NCBI GenBank assembly: GCA_044228285.1
Contig: JBGAVD010000005.1
Location: forward strand, 193,648-257,647
Length of the DNA stretch: 64,000 bases
Direction: 5' to 3'
DNA from: Chlorobiota bacterium
Lineage (GTDB): Bacteria > Bacteroidota > Ignavibacteria > Kapaibacteriales > NICIL-2
Below are positions 10,127-18,635 of this stretch, piece by piece; position 1 is the first letter of the stretch; each line of letters starts with the position of its first letter. The position numbers and the translations under genes were made by a program. Under the pieces are notes generated by a model. The model worked only from the letters and a program-made list of their open reading frames with translations. It had not been told where the DNA came from and ran no database searches.

Positions 10127-11386
10127 TTACTCTCCAGAGAGTACAACGACCTTACTCTCTACACCGCTATTCGTGCGCAATCGTACTATGTAGGAACCTG
10201 CTGAGAGGAGAGTACCCTTTGTATCGCGACCATCCCACTCTGTATAATAGCTACCTGCCTCCAACGAAGTGTTCTGTTCGAGTGAACGCAGATGCATACC
10301 ACGTACGTCATACACATCAATGGCAACAGTGCTGGCTTGATCTACATGATAGTGCACTCGGGCAACATCACGGAAAGGGTTAGGACTAACATGGTCTATG
10401 TATGTAGCTAGTGCGTTTCCTGATGTTTCGACAGGAACTGCGTCGATGATCTGCTTCAATTCTCGATAGAAGAGTCCGCCACCAGAGGTACCAACAAATA
10501 CAGTTGTAGACGTTGATGCAAAAGCGCGTATATCGGTGAAAACAAGTTGCTCGTTTGCAGACTGCCAGGAAGAAGCATTATTCTTCGACAAGAATACACC
10601 GCCGCCGTCAGTACCCGCAAAAATGACTCCATTGCTGACGGTCATTGCGTTAATGGTAACATTTGTCAGACCATTGTTCATCTGCGTCCAGCTCATACCT
10701 GAATTATTGGACACATATGCGCCTTCAGCAGTACCCGCCACGATGACTGTACCATTGACAACAAAGGAACTCACACTGTTCGCGGCGGAACCTAAACCCG
10801 TTCCAACCGGTATCCACATCGCGCCAGCGTCCGTTGAAACGAATACACCACCTTGAGTCGCAGCAAGAATGTTTGTTCCAAGTGCAGCAACTGTGTTGAC
10901 CGAAGCGGAAGGCAAGCCTGGACCTGCTGGGTTCCAATCTGTTCCGTTATTTGTAGACAGGTATACACCGGTTGATGTGCCAGCGACTAAGATGCCCGGA
11001 GCCGCAACGAGCGCAGTTACGTTTGTATTCTTTAGTCCGTTATTCACAGCAGTCCACGTGTTTCCATCGTTGTTTGTTACGAAAACACCACCTCCATACG
11101 TGCCTGCATACATCGAGCTACCGTTGCCGGCAACAGCAAAAGCGCGGAGATTTGACATACCATTGGTAGCCTGTGTAATACTACGACCATTGTCCTTGGA
11201 CACATACACACCACGTGTACTCGTGCCAGCAAAGAGAATAGAACCATTGAGTGCCAGTGACTTGATGGTGATGCCAGAATCAAGATCTGGACACGTCGCT
11301 TGCTTCCATTGCGCAGAAACTGAAACGCATAGGATAAGACTCATGAAAAAGGGAAGTGCTGTACGCACTGATGAAACTCTAAACAT
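10127..11386 (-). CDS. Secreted BNR/Asp-box repeat protein with type-A T9SS C-terminal sorting domain (paralog of 7969-9993)
   Basis: Asp-box repeats (TNNDGNTW, STNNGTDW, STDAGAMW, SNNSGMSW). The C-terminus (SPNPF ... DVYDVRGMHLRSL ... GSYIVRLRTNSG...KVVVL) is a T9SS CTD. The start is taken at the internal Met preceding the signal peptide MFRVSSVRTALPFFMSLILCVSVSAQ. The ORF could instead extend to 11455. Confidence 0.6.
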   Translation of the reverse strand: MFRVSSVRTALPFFMSLILCVSVSAQWKQATCPDLDSGITIKSLALNGSILFAGTSTRGVYVSKDNGRSITQATNGMSNLRAFAVAGNGSSMYAGTYGGGVFVTNNDGNTWTAVNNGLKNTNVTALVAAPGILVAGTSTGVYLSTNNGTDWNPAGPGLPSASVNTVAALGTNILAATQGGVFVSTDAGAMWIPVGTGLGSAANSVSSFVVNGTVIVAGTAEGAYVSNNSGMSWTQMNNGLTNVTINAMTVSNGVIFAGTDGGGVFLSKNNASSWQSANEQLVFTDIRAFASTSTTVFVGTSGGGLFYRELKQIIDAVPVETSGNALATYIDHVSPNPFRDVARVHYHVDQASTVAIDVYDVRGMHLRSLEQNTSLEAGSYYTEWDGRDTKGTLLSAGSYIVRLRTNSGVESKVVVLSGE

Positions 11387-11625
11387 TGTATGTACCAGAA
11401 AAAGTGTAAGTGTCGAAATTGAGAATCGAGTCAGTTGAGCGTAGTTGAAACTCATACTTCTGGCTCTGTAGAACTACATCAAAACAAAGATATATGCGTC
11501 GTGAACGTTCTAGCACTCCGTAGAAATACCGAACCTTCAATAGAATTGTGCGCCGATGCGCACTCTTAACGGAAAACTACGTACTGATAACCATCCGACT
11601 TCATTCATGCGGTACTGACACGAGC

Positions 11626-12306
11626 TCAAAAACTCAACCCGCCAAACATGGGAAGTACCGCGCCATTCAAACTCTTCATACTCGGACCACAGAGCGCGAC
11701 GATAGCCTCTGCACACTCTAAAGGGTCAGTCCAGTTCTGCTCTTCTCCATTCTGCGCCCACTCCAAGTTTGCCGCTGTGCGAAGTATTCCTGGAACGACC
11801 ACATTCGCTCGAAATCCATGTACCCTACCTTCTTCAGCGGCTGACAGACAAAGTGAGATCAGTGCAGCTTTTGATGCGCTATAAGCTGCTCTGTTCGGTG
11901 TGGGGCGCAAAGCGGAGGCTGCACCAATTCCAACAAAACACCCAGCACGGCGCTGCAATTGCGGCATCGTAGCGTGTAGAAGGTTAAACGCGCTCATGAG
12001 GTTTATAGTCAACATACGCGTAAATAGTTCCGAGTTGCTCTCTACAATAGAAGTTCCGGCCTCAATACCACCCACTAAATGCACGACAGCACTGAACTCA
12101 TCTATTGAACTTACGACCTCTGAGCACTCATTCTCGTTTGAAAGATCGCACAGATGCTCAGAATAGAGATGGTTTGATGTCCATCTGCCTTCTGGGTTGG
12201 GATTTCGTACGAGAGCATGGACAAACCAGCCCTGGGCAAGAAAACACTCAACAACAGAGTGTCCTAAGGCACCACCTGCTCCTGAGACGATTGCGCGATG
12301 TAACAT
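11626..12306 (-). CDS. SDR-family short-chain dehydrogenase/reductase
   Basis: Gly-rich NAD(P)-binding motif SGAGGALG near the N-terminus and a YxxxK active site (YSASK). The start is taken at the internal Met. The ORF extends to 12339. Confidence 0.7.
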   Translation of the reverse strand: MLHRAIVSGAGGALGHSVVECFLAQGWFVHALVRNPNPEGRWTSNHLYSEHLCDLSNENECSEVVSSIDEFSAVVHLVGGIEAGTSIVESNSELFTRMLTINLMSAFNLLHATMPQLQRRAGCFVGIGAASALRPTPNRAAYSASKAALISLCLSAAEEGRVHGFRANVVVPGILRTAANLEWAQNGEEQNWTDPLECAEAIVALCGPSMKSLNGAVLPMFGGLSF

Positions 12307-12430
12307 GTGTGCTCCAAGATAAGTATGTCTGAAACTCAAGTTCAGTTTGTGATCAGCCTCTCAGTGAATCGTCTCCAACTCAGGTGGTTGAGCGAGCGAA
12401 GCAGAGCAAACTCCTTTCTACAGAATCTTT

Positions 12431-14464
12431 CTAATAGATGAGGAGTAAATGTGAACGATGCTGTGTAGAATGAGAGCTCTCTATTGTGTAGAGTCCACGC
12501 GGTAGGTCAGCAACAGAAATACTCACGTTTGAATCGTTCGACGAGCTTAAGCGTACTGTCTGCCCAATCGAGTTGACGATTCTCCAACTCGTAAGCACAC
12601 TCTTCTCTATCCACTCAACACGAGCACTACCGAATGGTATAGCACTCGGTATGATTGTGTATTCTTCGTCGAGCTCGGCTACGGAACTAGGGAAGTTGGC
12701 TGGATCCATCCCGCATGGTATGTGCGACTCACCAAAACTAATGCGATCATATGATAGCTCCGGTACACGTCGGCTGCGTTGAGCGTCTTGTACACTAAGG
12801 GCGAAAAACATAGTCGGTGACGTGTTCTTTGGAATACGGACCATATACTGGTTCGCTATGCCTGTAGTTTGCAGAGGATAATCTCTATACTCGCGTCCAT
12901 CAAAGCTCAGCGAAAGGACTGCGCTCACAATTGGAAATGCACTACGTATGGTATAGACGAAGTACTGATAGGTAGGAGCTGCATAGCTAAGAACTGGCGA
13001 GACAACTATCCCATGATGCGTAGCTGCTTCCATCATATTCGGTAAACCATAGCCGACAATGCTGTCTGGACTAGAATTCCGATTTGCATGCGCATACAAC
13101 AACGCGCGTACTTCATAGGGTTTCAAATCAGGAAACTGACTCACGAGCAACGCAATTGCACCTGCCAGGGCAGGTGTCGCGAATGATGTACCATTTCCTT
13201 TGTTGATATTCGCCGTCGTTCCTACTGTTGCCACATAGACATCTACTCCCAGAGCCACAACATCCGGTTTCAGTTTGCCCAGTGCATTTGGACCCTTTGA
13301 TGTCCACCGAGGTACATTCATCAAATCATCAATGACCGCTCCAACAGTAATGGCGGAGTCTGCATCACCGGGAGAGATAAGCGTTCGAGACTCTCCGCCC
13401 TCATTACCTGCAGCTACGCAACATATCATTCCTCGAGCTGTGGCACGATTAACTGCACGATCGCAGATTGTTGAGCGACCGTCGAGCATGGAGTAGTTAT
13501 ACGAAAGTTGAAGAGAGTCAAAATCAAAATAGCCGATAGACGATGAACTCACATCAACACCAGCCGCTTCCAACCATTCTATACCAGCTGCATAGTTGTC
13601 TTCTTCAATGCGACCTTCCTGCCGCATGTCCTCTGTCTTCGCCAGCATGATCTGAGCATCCGGTGCAGTGCCAATGAGGCTATCTGGTTGATAGGCGGCT
13701 ATGATCGAAAGAGTATTCGTTCCATGACCGTCCTGCGATCCAACATCAGCAGATTCGTTTTCGGTTACAGAATCTTGAAACACGAAATCGTACTCACCAA
13801 GCATACGCAAGTGCTGAAAACACTGCATTTGCTTGTAGCGAAATCCATTATCGAGAACTCCCACAAGACATCGCGAGCCTAGTTCTCCCATTGCGTGGAA
13901 CTCATCAGTATTGAGAAGTTTGTTCTGCCTGATCGAGGGTCCGTATCGAAAGACTCCACAGCTAGTATCAAAGGTCTTCAGTCCATTGCGTTTTGATCTT
14001 GGCTGTTCCTCTTGCGTCAGTAACTTGAAAAACGCACCGGTTTCGCTTACATCCTTGACGTACGACTTGGTCTTCAACAACTTCATAACTGTGGTGTCGC
14101 AGGAAACCACCACATAATTATCCCAGCGTAATTCCAAGAGGATTTTCGCACCTGTTTTTCGTATGTTATCGAGATAGGGAGCATAGAGGGGGGCATCTTC
14201 CAGACTGAAGAGTGAGTCTGCTTTCATCACCTTTGCTCTTCGTGCAAGGCATCGATCACTGAGGAGGGCCTGGGTTTGAGTGTACAGTTCACTTCCTTTG
14301 ACAAAGGGAGAAATGCCTTTATTCCGTAGATACACGCGATATGTATTGGCGTCCACAGGCGCACTCCACAATAGAAGCAGCACGAAAGCGGACAGGACTT
14401 GGCCACTTTTCAGCGTGTTTGGAGTCAAGTGTTTCCACTGTGCAAAAGCTAATCGAAGCTGCAT
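12431..14464 (-). CDS. S8-family subtilisin-like serine peptidase with T9SS C-terminal sorting domain
   Basis: Catalytic triad in D-H-S order: VGVLDNGF, HGTNTLSIIA, GTSFATPALAG. Signal peptide present. The C-terminal ~75 aa have a CTD-like pattern (ISVADLPRGLYTIE...LLLIY). Confidence 0.8.
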   Translation of the reverse strand: MQLRLAFAQWKHLTPNTLKSGQVLSAFVLLLLWSAPVDANTYRVYLRNKGISPFVKGSELYTQTQALLSDRCLARRAKVMKADSLFSLEDAPLYAPYLDNIRKTGAKILLELRWDNYVVVSCDTTVMKLLKTKSYVKDVSETGAFFKLLTQEEQPRSKRNGLKTFDTSCGVFRYGPSIRQNKLLNTDEFHAMGELGSRCLVGVLDNGFRYKQMQCFQHLRMLGEYDFVFQDSVTENESADVGSQDGHGTNTLSIIAAYQPDSLIGTAPDAQIMLAKTEDMRQEGRIEEDNYAAGIEWLEAAGVDVSSSSIGYFDFDSLQLSYNYSMLDGRSTICDRAVNRATARGMICCVAAGNEGGESRTLISPGDADSAITVGAVIDDLMNVPRWTSKGPNALGKLKPDVVALGVDVYVATVGTTANINKGNGTSFATPALAGAIALLVSQFPDLKPYEVRALLYAHANRNSSPDSIVGYGLPNMMEAATHHGIVVSPVLSYAAPTYQYFVYTIRSAFPIVSAVLSLSFDGREYRDYPLQTTGIANQYMVRIPKNTSPTMFFALSVQDAQRSRRVPELSYDRISFGESHIPCGMDPANFPSSVAELDEEYTIIPSAIPFGSARVEWIEKSVLTSWRIVNSIGQTVRLSSSNDSNVSISVADLPRGLYTIESSHSTQHRSHLLLIY

Positions 14465-14519
14465 CGAATGAGGTCGTGTAAATTGCCGATAGTTGTTCTT
14501 ATCAAAATAGCGAATTCAA

Positions 14520-15512
14520 ATGGATATGGCATGGACAGACGGTTACAAGGCTGCGGTTGAAAATTGTGCGTGGTTTGAGCGAACTGACCGAGCGATCTTC
14601 TCAGTGCGGGGAACTGATGCGCTCGACTATCTCAATCGGGTAACTACCAACGAACTTCGAGACCTAGCTTCCTTGCATCACCGGCAAACAATGCTGTGCA
14701 CGGACAAAGGTCGCATTGTTGATCTGCTCGATGTGTTCATGATTGAGGCTGAGATCTTTGTGATGTCTTCTCTTCATGCTCTCCCACAGGTGCTTGCGCA
14801 CCTGCGGAGCTATGCGGTCATGGATGATGTGCACTTCAGTGGACCCCTAGATACATTTTCCGTGTTGGAGATAAGCGGTCCTCATACAAGCTCCGCTCTG
14901 CGCTTCCTCTTTGGTGACACACAGGAATTGCCTCAAGCGAACAACATCGTAAAACTCAAATACGAGGGTTTTGAACTTTATGCTCTGTCTAGCCAAGCTC
15001 TTTGCGAGCTGTCATTTTTACTGCTAGTACCGAAAGAGGATAGTCCACGAAGAAGCGCATTTCTCTCAGAGCTTTCCTTGACTATTCAACAAGCAAGCGC
15101 TGACGAGTATGAGCTCCTGCGCTTGGATTCCGGTCACGCAACAGCTCCCAGTGAATTGAATGGTGACTTCAATCCTCTTGAAGCAAATCTCTTACATCTT
15201 ATCAATTTCAAGAAAGGATGTTACATTGGTCAAGAAGTGATCGCCCGCCTTGACTCCTATAACAAAGTGCAGAAGCGACTCGTGGGATTCCGAGCCAATA
15301 CAGCACTACCGCTAAAAGCCCAGATTGAAGTTGAGGAGGTTGCAGTCGGGTACATCACCAGTGTGAGTCATTCTCCGCGTTTCGGCCATGTTGCACTTGG
15401 TTATATTCGCAATGAGCATGCTTTGGAGGATAAGGTATGTGTTGTACGAAGTGTAGACAACAGTGTGCAGGTCCACCTGCAGCTTCTTCCATTTACTAAC
15501 GTTAAGGACTAA
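14520..15512 (+). CDS. ygfZ: YgfZ/GcvT-family folate-binding protein
   Basis: C-terminal signature KKGCYIGQE (K-G-C-Y-x-G-Q-E) characteristic of YgfZ. Length 330 aa. It lacks the GcvT N-terminal extension. Confidence 0.65.
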   Translation: MDMAWTDGYKAAVENCAWFERTDRAIFSVRGTDALDYLNRVTTNELRDLASLHHRQTMLCTDKGRIVDLLDVFMIEAEIFVMSSLHALPQVLAHLRSYAVMDDVHFSGPLDTFSVLEISGPHTSSALRFLFGDTQELPQANNIVKLKYEGFELYALSSQALCELSFLLLVPKEDSPRRSAFLSELSLTIQQASADEYELLRLDSGHATAPSELNGDFNPLEANLLHLINFKKGCYIGQEVIARLDSYNKVQKRLVGFRANTALPLKAQIEVEEVAVGYITSVSHSPRFGHVALGYIRNEHALEDKVCVVRSVDNSVQVHLQLLPFTNVKD

Positions 15513-15515
15513 GAT

Positions 15516-16376
15516 ATGAACCCCAATGAAGAGCTGCCAGAGCGCTTGCAACGTGCACCAAAGGCGTATGACAATCGTGAGTTCTTGCATTCTCCCAGAG
15601 CTAGAATACTGCGTATGCTGGCGGAGTATCAGCACCCAGATATGCATCTGCGCTCGAACGACATACATAGTACCATTATCTTCTTTGGTTCTGCAAGAAT
15701 AAAGTCGAAAGAGCAACATCATCAGGAAGCCGAAGCTCTTCGACTACACATTGAGAACAGCATCGGTGAAGAACAACTTCGCACGCAGAAGAAACTTGAT
15801 CGTTTGGTAGCACACCAGGAAATGAGCGAGTACTATGAAGATGCTGTTGAGTTGGCAAGGCTAATGACCGAGTGGTCAATGAAGCTACCTGACGGATCAG
15901 AATTCGTGATTTGCACGGGCGGCGGACCAGGTATTATGGAGGCAGGGAATAGAGGCGCGCATCAGGCAGGTGGAAAGTCGGTCGGGCTTAACATTTCACT
16001 ACCCTTTGAGCAGTATCCAAATCCTTACATTACCCCCGACCTCAACTTTGAGTTCCACTACTTTTTCATGCGAAAGTATTGGTTTGTGTATCTCGCAAAG
16101 GCTCTGGTTGTGTTTCCTGGAGGTTTTGGCACCCTAGATGAGCTTATGGAAGTGCTTACATTGGTTCAAACTAAGAAGATTCGAAAGCAGATGCCAATCT
16201 GTATCTACGGTGAAAAGTTCTGGAAGAACGTTATCAATTTTGAATATCTTGCCGATATGAATATGATAGAGGCAGATGATCTGCAGCTGTTTCGCTTTGT
16301 CAATTCACCACAAGAAGCCTTTACATTTTTGCGCACAGAGCTCGTACGCATACACGGATTACCGGATATTGAGTAG
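15516..16376 (+). CDS. LOG-family / TIGR00730 Rossmann-fold nucleotide-binding protein
   Basis: GGGPGIMEAGNRGA and PGGFGTLDEL motifs typical of LOG (cytokinin riboside 5'-monophosphate phosphoribohydrolase-like) proteins. It starts 4 nt after ygfZ. Confidence 0.8.
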   Translation: MNPNEELPERLQRAPKAYDNREFLHSPRARILRMLAEYQHPDMHLRSNDIHSTIIFFGSARIKSKEQHHQEAEALRLHIENSIGEEQLRTQKKLDRLVAHQEMSEYYEDAVELARLMTEWSMKLPDGSEFVICTGGGPGIMEAGNRGAHQAGGKSVGLNISLPFEQYPNPYITPDLNFEFHYFFMRKYWFVYLAKALVVFPGGFGTLDELMEVLTLVQTKKIRKQMPICIYGEKFWKNVINFEYLADMNMIEADDLQLFRFVNSPQEAFTFLRTELVRIHGLPDIE

Positions 16377-16381
16377 GGAAA

Positions 16382-17290
16382 ATGCAGGAAGCTATCGTAC
16401 AAGATGAACAGTTAAGAGCTGAGATCCAGCCGTTGTTGTCGCTCTTAGATGACACCGATAGCACCGTCACGACCGCTGTTCAAAACAAGCTCTTGTCGTA
16501 CGGACATCGTGTGGTGCCCTACCTCAGTGATGTACTAAACAAAGAAATCGAACTTACTCGTGACGATGAGAATCCTATCATCGTGAACGCTCGAGCGTGC
16601 ATACGCGCCTTGCAAACAGGTTCACTTTCGCGTTTGTTGAACCAAGTGATTGATGCGCATTTTGACCAGAAAGACATCAGTCTTGAGCAGGCAGCATACT
16701 TACTATCGGCCTTTGGATTTCCTGATATCGACGAGAATGAGTTTTACAAAACACTCGACGCCATTTCGCTACGTGTGCACAACATCTTCATTCAGATGAA
16801 GAATGCTTCAGACCTCAGTTTGCTGATGAGTCTGAATACGGTGTTCTTTGAGCAAGAAGATTTTCGGGGAGCAACTAAGAACTACTACGCTCCGGAGAAT
16901 TCATACATTTCGCAATTGCTCAAGTCGAAGAGGGGAATTCCTATCTCGATTTCCGTCGTATACATGCTGGTTGCTGAGCGAGTGGGGATTGAGCTTCATG
17001 GCATCGGCATGCCGCTCCATTTCCTAGTATACCATCCAGGACTAAACGTTTTCATTGACACGTTTAACCACGGAGCGTTTATATCACGCTCCGACTGCGA
17101 ACAGTTTATCCGGCAGTCAGGCTTTGCGTATTCAGACAAGATGTTGAACAAGTCAGCGAACATCAGTATCTGTGCTCGAATGATGCGCAACCTTATTTAT
17201 GCGCATTCAAAGTATGACCAGAAGTGGGAAGCCGAGACTCTGCAAGAGACTCTCGACGAGATTCTGAGATTGACCGACGAAAAAATCTAA
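16382..17290 (+). CDS. SirB1/UPF0162-family transglutaminase-like protein
   Basis: Core motif G-IPISISVVYMLVAERVGIELHGIGMPLHFLV resembles the conserved SirB1 segment (G-PISL-LY--VA-RLGL-L-GV-FPGHFL). Confidence 0.5.
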   Translation: MQEAIVQDEQLRAEIQPLLSLLDDTDSTVTTAVQNKLLSYGHRVVPYLSDVLNKEIELTRDDENPIIVNARACIRALQTGSLSRLLNQVIDAHFDQKDISLEQAAYLLSAFGFPDIDENEFYKTLDAISLRVHNIFIQMKNASDLSLLMSLNTVFFEQEDFRGATKNYYAPENSYISQLLKSKRGIPISISVVYMLVAERVGIELHGIGMPLHFLVYHPGLNVFIDTFNHGAFISRSDCEQFIRQSGFAYSDKMLNKSANISICARMMRNLIYAHSKYDQKWEAETLQETLDEILRLTDEKI

Positions 17291-17307
17291 CAGTCTAGTC
17301 GCCTCGA

Positions 17308-18144
17308 TTATGCGTTGTCAAACGCGGTCAACTTCACACGCAAATCATTGCACACCTGTGTATGGATTTGGCAAATGCGGCTTTCAGTAAGTGAGAGCAA
17401 TACACCAATTTCCTTGAACGTCAAATTCTCGTAGTAGTAGAGCGTTACTACCAAGCGCTTACGCTCTGGAAGGTTCTTCAGATAGCGCATGAGGAAGGCC
17501 ATACGTTCTTCATCTGCCATGCGTGTCAATGGATTCTCGTAATCCATGTCAGGAATCTCCTGCAGGAGATCACGCTCATCACCATCGTCAGACAAACCAA
17601 GAGAAGACTTGGATTCGTTCATTGATAGGGACGCAACAGCAGCTGCCGCTGCACTAAGATAGGTTTGATACTCTTCAAGGCTGACATTTAGCCTCGTCCG
17701 GATTTCCTCTTCGCTAACCTCGCGACCAGTCTCTTTACGAAGTTGATCTGATACCGCAACGAGTTCATGAGCTTTCTTTCGTGCAGTGCGGGAGAGCCAA
17801 TCAAGTCTGCGCATTTCATCGAGTACGGTTCCTCGAACGCGGGGCATTGCAAAGGTCTCAAACTTGATTCCTCGTTCTGCTTCGAAACGATCAATGGCTT
17901 CATTGAGTCCCAGAATTCCCACATGCAAGAAATCCTCGTCACAGAGAATTGCATTGGTAGGGAGCGACATTGTATGCAAGGTATAGCGTACTAACCACAT
18001 GTAGTTAAGCATCAGACGCTTCTTAGCCTCTGAGCGCTTTGCAGCTGAGCTTCTTTTGGAATGAAACTCTTTCCATGCTGCTCGAACCGCGCTGTCGTCT
18101 ACACTAGGCGTAGGTTTCGTGAGTACTGTTTCCTGATCCACCAT
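17308..18144 (-). CDS. fliA: RNA polymerase sigma factor, FliA/WhiG (sigma-28) family
   Basis: Region 2 (FLHVGILGLNEAIDRFEAERGIKFETFAMPRVRGTVLDEMRRLDW), region 3 (LNVSLEEYQTY) and region 4 (LTFKEIGVLLSLTESRICQIHTQ) align closely with FliA. ATG with an AGGAG RBS. Confidence 0.8.
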   Translation of the reverse strand: MVDQETVLTKPTPSVDDSAVRAAWKEFHSKRSSAAKRSEAKKRLMLNYMWLVRYTLHTMSLPTNAILCDEDFLHVGILGLNEAIDRFEAERGIKFETFAMPRVRGTVLDEMRRLDWLSRTARKKAHELVAVSDQLRKETGREVSEEEIRTRLNVSLEEYQTYLSAAAAAVASLSMNESKSSLGLSDDGDERDLLQEIPDMDYENPLTRMADEERMAFLMRYLKNLPERKRLVVTLYYYENLTFKEIGVLLSLTESRICQIHTQVCNDLRVKLTAFDNA

Positions 18145-18181
18145 CGATTAACTCCTGTCGTTTTAAACTATCTTTTCTTTA

Positions 18182-18574
18182 TCACTGTAGTTCGTTACCA
18201 GTGAGCATTTGATTGATTCGCTCTTCGCGCTCTTGATCCATTGCTCGCTGCTGAGAGTCCAATACTTGCTGTTCTGCTAAAGCCTCTTCATGTAGTCGCT
18301 GAATACGCTCTTCAGCTTCTTTCATTTTCACTCGATGGAGCACCCCAACGATCGTTACCATGATGATTCCCAGGCATACACTTACTCCAACAAAGACTAC
18401 AAGTGAGCGGTACATCGCCGTCGCAAAATCTGCCCGTGATCCAATCGTAAAAAGCAGATACGAAACGCATGCGGATAGGGTACTTACTTGGAAAAGTAGA
18501 CCTATTGGGTAGCGCGAACGAGCCGCTAAGTCCTTGTCCGAGCTTGATTTATCTGATTTCTTTGCTTTTGCCAT
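18182..18574 (-). CDS. Hypothetical small membrane protein (two predicted TM helices + C-terminal charged coiled-coil)
   Basis: 130 aa. Lys/Ser-rich N-terminus, TM1 IGLLFQVSTLSACVSYLLFTIG, TM2 LVVFVGVSVCLGIIMVTIVGVL, then an EAEERIQRLHEEALAEQQ... heptad-like segment. It occupies the position between flhF and fliA. Confidence 0.5.
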   Translation of the reverse strand: MAKAKKSDKSSSDKDLAARSRYPIGLLFQVSTLSACVSYLLFTIGSRADFATAMYRSLVVFVGVSVCLGIIMVTIVGVLHRVKMKEAEERIQRLHEEALAEQQVLDSQQRAMDQEREERINQMLTGNELQ

Positions 18575-18635
18575 GGTTCGTACACTAGGTGTCCATCAAG
18601 TCACTATCCAAAATTGTGCCATCAAAATGAACGCC

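Noticed and set aside
10536-11438. + strand ORFs (10536-10856, 10869-11438 and others) inside the second BNR gene, and many similar 60-150-aa antisense ORFs throughout.
   Set aside because: They are low-complexity Pro/Thr/Ala-rich translations antisense to well-supported genes with recognisable motifs. This is typical shadow-ORF behaviour.
14520-17290. Tightly packed ygfZ / LOG-family / SirB1-like trio (4-5 nt spacers) as a possible functional unit.
   Set aside because: Tight spacing is common in this window. I know of no link between these families and no motif evidence beyond adjacency.
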